Positions 1-8,144 of a stretch of 34,697 bases of DNA are shown here, piece after piece; the first letter of the stretch is position 1, and every line of letters starts with the position of its first letter. Made by a program: the position numbers and the translations under genes. The notes below the pieces were generated by a model. The model was not told the DNA's origin and ran no database searches. It saw nothing but the letters and a program-made list of their open reading frames with translations. The stretch comes from an uncultured Clostridia bacterium. GTDB lineage: Bacteria; Bacillota; Clostridia; Oscillospirales; Acutalibacteraceae. The stretch covers positions 1 through 34,697 of the forward strand of contig CAMOTT010000001.1 in the NCBI GenBank assembly GCA_946626015.1, in the 5' to 3' direction.

Positions 1-20
1 TTTCGGTTGGATTTTGTTCG

Positions 21-551
21 TTAGTCTTGCGCTGCGTCCGCCGACGTTTCCCCGGGAAGAGCCGCGCCGTAGTTCCGCACAACAAGCATAAGCTGATTTT
101 CGTCCGCTTTGCCGCTGGAGGGGTTCACGTAGGCGGGGCTGTTCCAAGTGCAGGTGATCCACAATTTGCCGTTGTCGGCGGCCCATTCGATCTTTTTGCC
201 CAGGGTCTGGGTCTCAAGATCCGGGATCAGATTTATGCCCGGATAATTGAAGCCCTGCGCCTCAAGCTCGTAGATGTAATCATAGAACTTGCTGTAGGAA
301 ATGCTTTTAACGTATATGATGTAATACTCGTTGCCCTGCGCAGGCTGATCCAGCTCGTGCTCTATTGAGTCCGCGTCATCCACAAGCACGGGGAGGTCTG
401 CCATGATCGAAGTTCTGGGCCAGTTGCCCGTAAAAGACGCCTTTGTTGTCTCGGCGGTGGTGGTTTCGGTTGTTTTCGAGCCTCCTCCGCAGGCGGCAAA
501 GGAGAAAAGTATGGCAAAAATAAGCAGCGCCGGCAAAAGTTTCCTTCTCAT
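21..551 (-). CDS. Putative lipoprotein, function unknown
   Basis: 176-aa ORF. The N-terminus MRRKLLPALLIFAILFSFAAC has a basic n-region, a hydrophobic core and a lipobox-like FAAC, followed by a Gly/Ser/Thr-rich linker. Its ATG overlaps the stop of the upstream dehydrogenase gene (ATGA at 548-551), suggesting translational coupling. No family recognised. Confidence 0.7.
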   Translation of the reverse strand: MRRKLLPALLIFAILFSFAACGGGSKTTETTTAETTKASFTGNWPRTSIMADLPVLVDDADSIEHELDQPAQGNEYYIIYVKSISYSKFYDYIYELEAQGFNYPGINLIPDLETQTLGKKIEWAADNGKLWITCTWNSPAYVNPSSGKADENQLMLVVRNYGAALPGETSADAAQD

Positions 552-1765
552 TGTTGATCGCCTTCCTTTATCTTTTTGATGATAGACGCCAGCTCGTCTT
601 TGTTTAATATCTTCGGCACGGGGTAAAGCGGATTTGCCTCTTTTTCGGCGCGCCCGGCAATGAGGGGGATATCCTCCTCCTTTATCTGGGGCAGGGCGTC
701 CGGGATGTTCATGCGCCTGTTCATTTCCCGGATCTCCGCGATAAAAGCCTTTGCCTTCTTCTCGCTGGTCATGGCGTCGTTCCCCAGCCCGGCCGCGTCT
801 GCAAGCCCGGCAAGGCTGACGTAAACAGATGAGCCGAAGGCATCCAGAACATAGGGCAGGATCACCGCGTTGGCAAGCCCGTGGGCAATGCCGTATATGC
901 CTCCCAGGTTGTGAGCGATGGCATGGACATAACCAACATAAGCCCTTGTAAAGGCTATTCCGGCATAATGGGCGGCATGGAGCATATTGTTCCTGGCTTC
1001 TATATCGCTGCCGTTGTTGTAGGCTTTTTCGAGGTTTTCAAAGATCATCTTGACCGCCTTTTCGGCGTTGTACCTTGTGTCGCTCGTGTTGCTGCGGCCG
1101 ATATACGCCTCCACCGCGTGGGTAAGGGCGTCCATACCTGTGGTGGCGGTGACGCTCCCGGGCAGGCCTGTTGTAAGCTCCGGGTCAAGCACCGCGTATC
1201 CGGGACGGAGTTTAGGGTCGTTCACAGCATATTTTTCATGAGTCTCCGGATCCGTAATAACGGCGGCAACGGTGGTCTCCGACCCTGTGCCTGCCGTTGT
1301 GGGCACAGCAAAAAGCGGCGGAAGCTTTTTGCCCACCTTAAGCTGCCCCCTCATTTGGGGCACGGTCTTTTTTGGATTAACAGCTCTTGCCGCGGCGATC
1401 TTCGCGCAGTCCATGGGAGAACCGCCGCCGAAGGCAATAACGGAATCGCACCTGTTCTCCACAAAAAGTCTGCGCGCCTCTTCGGCGTTGCCGATAGTCG
1501 GGTTCGGCCGGGTCTCGTCATAGACGAAATATTCCACTCCGGCGTTTTTAAGCCCCTCTAAGAGGCTGTCCAGAAGCCGGAGCCTCATCAGCTCCTTGTC
1601 CGTTACCACAAGCACCCTTTCAAGCCCCTTGTCATGAATAAACGCAGGCAGTTTTTTTATGCTGCCGGCGCCTGTAAACACCCTTGGCTGAGACCAGTCA
1701 AGAAACCTTGCCAGCGCCCTGAAAGCAAGCTGATGCGCCCGGCAATATGCGTTGAAAGCGCTCAT
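548..1765 (-). CDS. Iron-containing (group III) alcohol dehydrogenase
   Basis: 405-aa ORF with the Fe-ADH hallmark GGGSPMDCAKIAA and conserved His-rich segments (THAVEAY, YVHAIAHNLGG). RBS AAAGGAGAA lies upstream of the ATG at 1765. Substrate cannot be assigned from sequence. Confidence 0.9.
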   Translation of the reverse strand: MSAFNAYCRAHQLAFRALARFLDWSQPRVFTGAGSIKKLPAFIHDKGLERVLVVTDKELMRLRLLDSLLEGLKNAGVEYFVYDETRPNPTIGNAEEARRLFVENRCDSVIAFGGGSPMDCAKIAAARAVNPKKTVPQMRGQLKVGKKLPPLFAVPTTAGTGSETTVAAVITDPETHEKYAVNDPKLRPGYAVLDPELTTGLPGSVTATTGMDALTHAVEAYIGRSNTSDTRYNAEKAVKMIFENLEKAYNNGSDIEARNNMLHAAHYAGIAFTRAYVGYVHAIAHNLGGIYGIAHGLANAVILPYVLDAFGSSVYVSLAGLADAAGLGNDAMTSEKKAKAFIAEIREMNRRMNIPDALPQIKEEDIPLIAGRAEKEANPLYPVPKILNKDELASIIKKIKEGDQQ

Positions 1766-1793
1766 AATTTTCTCCTTTTATAAGGCCTTGTCT

Positions 1794-2333
1794 TTAATAC
1801 AGACTCCACGCCCTTATCTCCAGTATAATATCAGCTATTTTTCCGATTATTCTCTGGAACAAATTACCGTCAACACGCACCTCCGTGGTCACGTAAAGCA
1901 ACGGTATCTGCGGAACGTGGGCGGGGAGATTGTCAATATACCGGCAGGAGTAAACCTTGCAGCCTTTATCACAGGTGAAGTCCAGCTCGTCCCCGGTAAA
2001 ATCCTTTGGCAGCACATAACCCTCCGCCGCGACAAATTCATAGTCGATCTCATAAGTTCTGCCCGGTTTGAATTCACCGTTGTATGGCGTGCCCACACAA
2101 TCATGGATGCCGACGCGGACTTTGCCGTCCAGCACGCGGAACTCAAGATTGCCGGAGGAAATATCCGCCAGCTTATCATAATCTTCTCCGGTCAGGCCTG
2201 CGATATCGCTGTGGAAACAGGCTGAGATATTTGCATAGTTTTGACCCTCTGCGGCCTTATCCGCCGACACGGGGATAACGAAAACGGAAAAAGCAAACAA
2301 AAGCGCAAATAAAACCGAAATCGTTTTTTTCAT
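1794..2333 (-). CDS. Secreted hypothetical protein (cleavable signal peptide)
   Basis: 179-aa ORF. N-terminus MKKTISVLFALLFAFSVFVIPVSA|DK looks like a Sec signal peptide with an AxA-like cleavage site. RBS AAAGGAGAA lies 7 nt upstream. No family recognised. Confidence 0.65.
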   Translation of the reverse strand: MKKTISVLFALLFAFSVFVIPVSADKAAEGQNYANISACFHSDIAGLTGEDYDKLADISSGNLEFRVLDGKVRVGIHDCVGTPYNGEFKPGRTYEIDYEFVAAEGYVLPKDFTGDELDFTCDKGCKVYSCRYIDNLPAHVPQIPLLYVTTEVRVDGNLFQRIIGKIADIILEIRAWSLY

Positions 2334-2380
2334 AATAAGTTCTCCTTTGAATTTTAAAAAATCCGTTTGCTGACAGGCAT

Positions 2381-2409
2381 ATTATACAATAATCTCCCCG
2401 AAAAATCAA
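2381..2409 (-). promoter_or_regulatory. Sigma-A type promoter for the 2333->21 operon
   Basis: Read on the minus strand: TTGATT (2404-2409), 17-nt spacer, TATAAT (2381-2386), about 45 nt upstream of the ATG at 2333. Confidence 0.6.
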
Positions 2410-2426
2410 GGCGGACACAATGCCGC

Positions 2427-2462
2427 AAAAGATCCCGCCGGGTCGTTTGACCAGACGGGATC
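2427..2462 (-). terminator. Probable intrinsic terminator ending the polysaccharide operon
   Basis: Imperfect GC-rich hairpin GATCCCGcCgGGTC-GTTT-GACCaGaCGGGATC (2431-2462). On the minus strand it is followed by TTTT (2427-2430). It lies 30 nt after the stop of the initiating transferase. The T-tract is short. Confidence 0.5.
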
Positions 2463-2492
2463 GGACTTATTTGCTTATAACGGCAAAGGATC

Positions 2493-3923
2493 TTATTTTG
2501 CTCCGGAGCCGGTAAACATATTCTTCGCTGTCTTGAGTATCAGCTTGATGTCAAAAGCTATGTTCATGTTCCTTATGTATTCCATATCCAGCTCAACGAC
2601 CTTTTCAAAGTCGGTTATATCGCTCCTGCCGTTTGCCTGCCACATTCCCGTCAGACCCGGGCGAATCGCCATACGCGCCCTGTGTTTGGGGCCGTATTTT
2701 TCCCACTCGTCCAGCGTGGGGGGGCGTGTGCCAACAAGGGACATATCGCCCTTAAGCACCATAAAGAACTGGGGAAATTCGTCTATGGAGAACTTGCGTA
2801 TGAACCAGCCGATGCCTTTCTTTGTGCCGTCCTTTCCGCTGCCGAGGATCCTGGGGTCGTTGTCCATTTTGAACATCATGCCGTCCGCTATCCGGTTTTG
2901 GCTCATCAGCTCCGCCTTGTGCGCCTCGGCGTCCTTGTACATGGAGCGAAATTTGACCATTTTGAACACTCTGCCGCCCTTGCCTATACGCTTCTGTGAG
3001 AAGAAAATGGGGCCGGGATCGGTGATAAAGATCAGCGGTCCGACTATCAAGGTAAGGAGTATGGTTATAACCGAGCCGATCAGGCCGCCGATAATATCTA
3101 TGACGCGCTTGACAAAATACTGATAGGTGGGCATTATGCTGACGCTTTCGGTGAGGCAGGTGTAACCGTATATTTTTTCGATGATCTTGTTTCTGTGATA
3201 ATCCATGTCGAAATCTATCACTCTGTGTACCACGATACCCATTTCCAGGATCTTGTCTACCACCTCTCTGGGCGCCCTGGTATTGGGCAGGTTCATGTAG
3301 ACTTCATCCAGCCAGACGTTTTGGATCAGATCGGGTAGATCCTCCACTTCGCACAGGACCTTGTAGCCTTTGACCTCATCCCCGACTTTGTATTTCTGGC
3401 TTGCGAAGGCAACGACTCCCGCTATCTCAAACTGCCTGAAGGAATGTTCGCTCATGCGTTCTATCATGCCCTCCAGAACTTCGTCGGTAGCCACAAGGAC
3501 TATCTTGCTCTTTCTGTCGGAGGCGCTCAGACCCTTTTTGACAAGCCACTTGAGAGCAAGCTTTATCAGAAAATCGAGCACTATGCCCGCGGCAAATAAT
3601 ATGCAGATATTCAACGTGCGCGGAACCACGCCCTCAACGAGCGCCAGGTACAGCAGAGCAACGGCATCACAGACGCCGACATAGACCACGGAGATAACAA
3701 GCTCCATTATCTTGCTGCGGTACAGCAAGTATCTGTAAAGCCTGGGAACTGTTCCCGCGAACATACTGAAAAGGGCAAGAATGATCGCCCCGCTCAGATA
3801 TGGTCTGAACAGAGAACTGTCCTTTGGAGTAAGTATCACTAAATAGACTGCCAGCATTGTGACCGTTTCCATGATCCTGAAATCTAAATGTGACAGCCAG
3901 CCGTGCTTGCTTTTTTTATACAT
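2493..3923 (-). CDS. Polyprenyl-phosphate sugar-1-phosphate transferase (WbaP/CpsE-like initiating enzyme)
   Basis: 476-aa ORF with N-terminal TM helices, a central soluble region and the C-terminal bacterial sugar-transferase signature (KRIGKGGRVFKMVKFRSM, DEFPQFFMVLKGDMSLVGTRPP, RPGLTGMWQANGRS). Confidence 0.9.
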   Translation of the reverse strand: MYKKSKHGWLSHLDFRIMETVTMLAVYLVILTPKDSSLFRPYLSGAIILALFSMFAGTVPRLYRYLLYRSKIMELVISVVYVGVCDAVALLYLALVEGVVPRTLNICILFAAGIVLDFLIKLALKWLVKKGLSASDRKSKIVLVATDEVLEGMIERMSEHSFRQFEIAGVVAFASQKYKVGDEVKGYKVLCEVEDLPDLIQNVWLDEVYMNLPNTRAPREVVDKILEMGIVVHRVIDFDMDYHRNKIIEKIYGYTCLTESVSIMPTYQYFVKRVIDIIGGLIGSVITILLTLIVGPLIFITDPGPIFFSQKRIGKGGRVFKMVKFRSMYKDAEAHKAELMSQNRIADGMMFKMDNDPRILGSGKDGTKKGIGWFIRKFSIDEFPQFFMVLKGDMSLVGTRPPTLDEWEKYGPKHRARMAIRPGLTGMWQANGRSDITDFEKVVELDMEYIRNMNIAFDIKLILKTAKNMFTGSGAK

Positions 3924-3964
3924 TATCTTTGCCCCCGTTTTTGTTATCGGAACAACGCCGTGTC

Positions 3965-5749
3965 TTATTTGAGCTTCAATTTCTCAAAGGTGCGGTGGAT
4001 AAGCTCTCTGACGTTGTAGTTATTATCGTCCGTTGAATTGAGGTAAACCACCGAATATTTTATCTTCATTTCGATCTGCTTGTCGTTATAGTCTTCAACG
4101 CTGTTGTTGAGCATTCCGATAAACAGATCCGCTTTTTGGGAACTGCACTGGTCAAACAGACCCAGGAACTGGCCTGCGCCGTTGTAGGCCATAAAGCCGT
4201 AATTCCTTGAAAGGGATTTTATTATACGGCCGAAATCGCCCAGCAGGGTGTCCGCCGCGGTGCGTCCCATAGTTGCGTTCAGATCGAACAGATTGTCCAG
4301 CTTTATTATGATGCAGGTAAACTGTTCTCCCAGATCCTTCTCGCTCAACAAGCTTATGTGTATATCGCACATCTGACGATTGGGAAGCTGAGTGTTTTTA
4401 TCTGTATAGATTATGTACTGGATAAAGTCCTTGAGCCTGCCTATGACCACAGCGCCCACGCAGCCGAAGAACAGGAAGAACACAAGCGCAAGAGCAAGGT
4501 AAAGCTTGATGTTCACCTTTTGCGAGGTAACAACTGAATTAAGGATGTTGAGGTAGCTTGCGCCGATGTATTCGTTGAGCTCTCTTGCGGTTTCTTTGAC
4601 GATTTTATACTGGTTGCCAAGGGTGTTCACAAGATCCCCTATATCGTTCTCCACCTCAATGCTGAGAACTTGGTTTTGCTGATTGTCCACAAACACCGAT
4701 CTGATGTATTCCGCGTGTTCTTTGTCTATCTGATCGTTTTTGATGGATTGATTGATGCCGACATATTCCTGAATGAGGTCATCGTAGGTGGTTATGACGT
4801 TTATATCTCTGTCGTAACCATCCACGTCCATTATGACTGACGCACCGGAGCTCTCGTTTGAGGAGTCCTGATTTTCGATCTTGGTGCTGTTGATGCCCTT
4901 CTCGCTGTAATTGTCGATAAGAGCCTTGAGCTTGTCGGCCTTTTCGGTGTTGTTCGCGATGTTGATATCCAGATTTTCAATGCGGTTCTGCTGCTTTTTC
5001 AGGAGCAGGTCGTTGTCCTTTGTATATTTCCCCTGCAGGATGCTTGCGTACAGGTGAGGCACCTTGTTTTTTATGATGTAGCCGTAAATATTCTCCAGGT
5101 CGGCAAAGGTGTAGCCTGTTGCGGAGGCTCTGAACTCCGGGTATGAGGATCTTTTCTGCAAAAGATAGTCGTCTATGCTCTTGACCGATTCCTGAATGAC
5201 CTCGGCGCTCTCTATGTAGTCGTAATCATTTGAGCTGATGTTTGCCGCATTGTTGGGGAGGATAAGCTGGTCGATGTACCTTTCGCTGTAAAACATATAG
5301 TAGTTTTTGATAACGGCATCCAGCATATTTCCAACATAGTTCATGGATTTTTCCGAATCGGCCTCAAAGGTTATGGCGTAGTCCGTGGGAAAGTAGAAAT
5401 ATTCCTCACCCTTGCTCAGGACGGTCTCTTTTTTCTGATCCTCCTCTTCGGGTATGATGGGGCGGACCTTGATCTTTGAGCGCACCTCGTCCACCGAACT
5501 GTTCAGACCCAGATCCTCGATAGCGCCCTTGATGACCGTTGAGGAATATATCTCTGAAACGTCCAGCTTTGAACCGTTGGGGGTAAGACCCTCGCTGATG
5601 GCTCCATTGGCGTAGCGTATGACCGTTGTGGCCGTGTACACCTGCTGAGAATTGGCGTAGGAATAGACCCAGACGGCTCCCAGAAGAGCCACAATGAGAA
5701 TGACGATCCTACCTTTGTAAAGGTAACGTAAGAGTTGAAACTCCTTCAT
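3965..5749 (-). CDS. Wzz-like polysaccharide co-polymerase fused to a degenerate C-terminal GGDEF-fold domain
   Basis: PCP topology: TM1 IVILIVALLGAVWVYSY, a ~380-aa coiled-coil-rich outside domain, then TM2 LYLALALVFFLFFGCVGAVVIG. The last 146 aa (nt 3968-4405) follow the GGDEF domain pattern: TDKNTQLPNR (cf. D-LTGLxNR), IIIKLDNLFDLNATMGR (cf. iDiDhFKxiNDxxGH), AADTLLGDFGRII, then NGAGQF (nt 4166-4183) where GG(D/E)EF would be. Start chosen at ATG 5749, with GGAGG 8 nt upstream; the ORF track starts at an in-frame GTG at 5758. Confidence 0.75.
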   Translation of the reverse strand: MKEFQLLRYLYKGRIVILIVALLGAVWVYSYANSQQVYTATTVIRYANGAISEGLTPNGSKLDVSEIYSSTVIKGAIEDLGLNSSVDEVRSKIKVRPIIPEEEDQKKETVLSKGEEYFYFPTDYAITFEADSEKSMNYVGNMLDAVIKNYYMFYSERYIDQLILPNNAANISSNDYDYIESAEVIQESVKSIDDYLLQKRSSYPEFRASATGYTFADLENIYGYIIKNKVPHLYASILQGKYTKDNDLLLKKQQNRIENLDINIANNTEKADKLKALIDNYSEKGINSTKIENQDSSNESSGASVIMDVDGYDRDINVITTYDDLIQEYVGINQSIKNDQIDKEHAEYIRSVFVDNQQNQVLSIEVENDIGDLVNTLGNQYKIVKETARELNEYIGASYLNILNSVVTSQKVNIKLYLALALVFFLFFGCVGAVVIGRLKDFIQYIIYTDKNTQLPNRQMCDIHISLLSEKDLGEQFTCIIIKLDNLFDLNATMGRTAADTLLGDFGRIIKSLSRNYGFMAYNGAGQFLGLFDQCSSQKADLFIGMLNNSVEDYNDKQIEMKIKYSVVYLNSTDDNNYNVRELIHRTFEKLKLK

Positions 5750-7157
5750 CCCTGTCACCTCCGCTGAAATACCTGAGTCTTAACCAGATTACGGCAAAAA
5801 TACCCGCGAGCATCAACGCCGCAAGGGTTATGAGCGTGTCAAGACTGATTTTTTGTTTTATTGACGGATTTGAATTCTTAAAGGTCACGTAATCCTTTGT
5901 TCTGTACTTTACGTACGCCTTGTCCACCAGCTCTATTTGCTTGGAAAGCTCTGTGAATTTGCGGCGTATGTCGTTTATCATATCTTTGGCTTTTTGGATG
6001 TTCCCGGCGCTGTTTGTGCTCGCGTTCATCTTGTTGATTATATCCTCGTTTGTGGCGATCTCCTTTGAGGTCTCCTGCGCGGTAAGCAGATAATCGTCAG
6101 CCTGACCCGCCATATAGTCCATGCCGGTTTTCGTCTTGGCCATATAGTAAGTGCTCTTGCTCTTGTCGATGGAGGGGATCATGACCACGCTGATCATGGA
6201 CTCGTCGTAAAGCTTTATGCCATCGTTGCGGACGTCGTAGGCCGCCATATCCTTTTTGTAGTCGATGCCCTTTATCAGGTTGACATAGGAGAGAGCCTTT
6301 GTGTACTTTGCCTTGTCGTAAGAAGGCCCTGCCTGTATGACAAAGGTGCGGTATTTGCTGATATCGTAAGTCCGCAGATCCTCGACCTTTTGGGCAAGGG
6401 ATTTGAAGGATTCGTCAGACTCCTGCTCTGTAAAGGTCTTGTTCTGCTTTGCCCTTGTGTTGAGGTATTTTTCGATCTGCTGCGCCTTAAGGTCAAGCAG
6501 GTCGGCTATCTGCAGGAATTCATCGTCGTGGAACTCGTCTATATCAAAATCAAGTATAGAGCGGTTCTCGGTATATTTTGAGTAGAGATTATCCTTGTAA
6601 GCCTTGCACAGGAGAGAAAGCAGATCCTTTGCGCTCATGTCTTTTATCTCCGGAGGTTTTTTCAAGGTTATCCTGTAGGATGTGGATATATAATAATTAT
6701 CCTCGGAGAAAGCCTTCGCGTTGGTAGGTCTGATCGAAATGGAGCGCATAATGCTGTTCACGTCCACGCTTTTCTTGTCGATACCGGCGTAGGCGAGCAT
6801 ATTCTCCACAACCTCCTGACTGGCGAAGTCATAGGCGTTGAAACGGGTCGAATTTGGATTCAATCCTTTGGCGCTTTCTTCATAATTCAAACTCATTTCC
6901 GTTGTCGCAGAGCTTTCACTTTTTATAAAAAACCAGCCTGCCGCCACCGTCAACACCAGCACAAGCACAACGAGTATCGGCGTCCTCAGCTTGAGCATGG
7001 AGATAAGGGCTTTTCTGGCATAGGAGCGATCCGCGAAATCGGAGTTGATCCCGTCAATCACATTGGTGAGGGGAGAAAATATTTTTCTGACAGTTCTTTT
7101 GTAAAGATTTTCGCGTTTTCTTTTGAGATAAATGTTGTTGTTATAATCTTCTTCCAT
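5709..7157 (-). CDS. Wzz-like polysaccharide co-polymerase / chain-length determinant paralog (no cytoplasmic domain)
   Basis: 482-aa ORF with one TM near the N-terminus (ILVVLVLVLTVAAGWFFI) and one near the C-terminus (LITLAALMLAGIFAVIWL), flanking a large hydrophilic helical domain. The post-TM1 segment SATTEMSLNYEESAKGLNPNSTRFNAYDFASQEVVENMLAYAGI is paralogous to YTATTVIRYANGAISEGLTPNGSKLDVSEIYSSTVIKGAIEDLGL in the next gene. RBS AAGGAGGAG. Its 3' end overlaps the next gene by 41 nt. Confidence 0.65.
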   Translation of the reverse strand: MEEDYNNNIYLKRKRENLYKRTVRKIFSPLTNVIDGINSDFADRSYARKALISMLKLRTPILVVLVLVLTVAAGWFFIKSESSATTEMSLNYEESAKGLNPNSTRFNAYDFASQEVVENMLAYAGIDKKSVDVNSIMRSISIRPTNAKAFSEDNYYISTSYRITLKKPPEIKDMSAKDLLSLLCKAYKDNLYSKYTENRSILDFDIDEFHDDEFLQIADLLDLKAQQIEKYLNTRAKQNKTFTEQESDESFKSLAQKVEDLRTYDISKYRTFVIQAGPSYDKAKYTKALSYVNLIKGIDYKKDMAAYDVRNDGIKLYDESMISVVMIPSIDKSKSTYYMAKTKTGMDYMAGQADDYLLTAQETSKEIATNEDIINKMNASTNSAGNIQKAKDMINDIRRKFTELSKQIELVDKAYVKYRTKDYVTFKNSNPSIKQKISLDTLITLAALMLAGIFAVIWLRLRYFSGGDRDEGVSTLTLPLQR

Positions 7158-7206
7158 TTACCGCTCCTCCTTTCTTTATGTTTAGGTATAAAACTTCGTT
7201 ACGGGA

Positions 7207-8109
7207 TCAGTACCAGCATATATCGACGACCACAAGCTCCGGCTGGTTGTTGATCCTGGGGATCTTTGTGGAATCCCCCAGGCCTCTGCTTATTACCACC
7301 TGGGTCCCGTCATCCACGGTCTTGACACCCTCTGTGAGTTTGGGAAACAAGCCTTCGCCGCCGCTGTAAAGTCCACCCACCTTCGGGATACGGATCAGGC
7401 CGCCGTGGGCGTGACCGGTAAAGGCGATATCAATGCCCCTGTTCAGCAGATATTCGCAGAACAGCTCCGGATAATGGGTTAGGCAGATCCGGCAGTTGTC
7501 CGTTGGCTCAAGGGAGTTGAGGAATTTCTGGGCGTTGTTGGTTTTAACGTCGAATTGATCTCTGCCCTCCGAAATGGCGATGAGCTGAATGGTGGAACCG
7601 TTCACCTCAATGTCAGCCGCCTCGTTGCTCAGGATATTGATGTTATGCTCTTTCATTTTATCTTTAAAGGTCTTATCCCTGAAAAGATACTGATCCAGCT
7701 CGTTGTTGCCGAAGCAGGCGTAGATGGGCGCCGTCTTGCAAAGCTTGTCCGAGAGATCGAACAATACGGAATAATCGTCCACCTTGTAGTTCATCATATC
7801 CCCGGCGTAAAAGATCAGATCCGGTTTGAGGGACTGTATCCGCTTTACAAGCTGCTCGTTTTTCGCGCCGTACTCCTTATTGTGGAGATCTGCCAGCTCG
7901 ACGACCCTTATATTGTCCGAGATCTTAAGGGAACGAACCTGATAAAATGTAACAGTAAAGTTTTTGTTCAGCACAAAAATGTTATAGGCAACATAGGAAG
8001 CCGCCAATGCGATAATAAACAGCAGCACAAGCAGCAGGGCTATGAGCTTTGAATGCTTCTTCTTGGGGCGTTTTATTTTCTCTGCTCCATCTTTGGTTTT
8101 GCTCATCAT
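7207..8109 (-). CDS. Membrane-anchored calcineurin-like metallophosphoesterase (YkuE/YaeI-like)
   Basis: 300-aa ORF. A basic N-terminus (KIKRPKKKHSK) and a single TM (LIALLLVLLFIIALAASYVAY) precede the metallophosphoesterase motifs ADLH, GDMM, GNNE and GHAHGG. RBS AAGGGAGG. Confidence 0.8.
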   Translation of the reverse strand: MMSKTKDGAEKIKRPKKKHSKLIALLLVLLFIIALAASYVAYNIFVLNKNFTVTFYQVRSLKISDNIRVVELADLHNKEYGAKNEQLVKRIQSLKPDLIFYAGDMMNYKVDDYSVLFDLSDKLCKTAPIYACFGNNELDQYLFRDKTFKDKMKEHNINILSNEAADIEVNGSTIQLIAISEGRDQFDVKTNNAQKFLNSLEPTDNCRICLTHYPELFCEYLLNRGIDIAFTGHAHGGLIRIPKVGGLYSGGEGLFPKLTEGVKTVDDGTQVVISRGLGDSTKIPRINNQPELVVVDICWY

Positions 8110-8144
8110 ACCGCCTCCCTTTCATTTTGTATAATGTTGAACCC

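Noticed and set aside
881-1561. 226-aa plus-strand ORF and smaller ORFs antisense to the Fe-ADH gene
   Set aside because: The ADH frame carries diagnostic motifs. These are antisense-frame artefacts of GC-rich coding sequence.
3968-4405. Calling the C-terminal domain of the second PCP an active diguanylate cyclase or a canonical I-site c-di-GMP receptor
   Set aside because: The GG(D/E)EF signature is NGAGQF. The ND metal and substrate position reads NA, and the residues aligned to RxxD read RNYG. Neither catalysis nor canonical I-site binding can be claimed from sequence; only the fold-level resemblance is supported.
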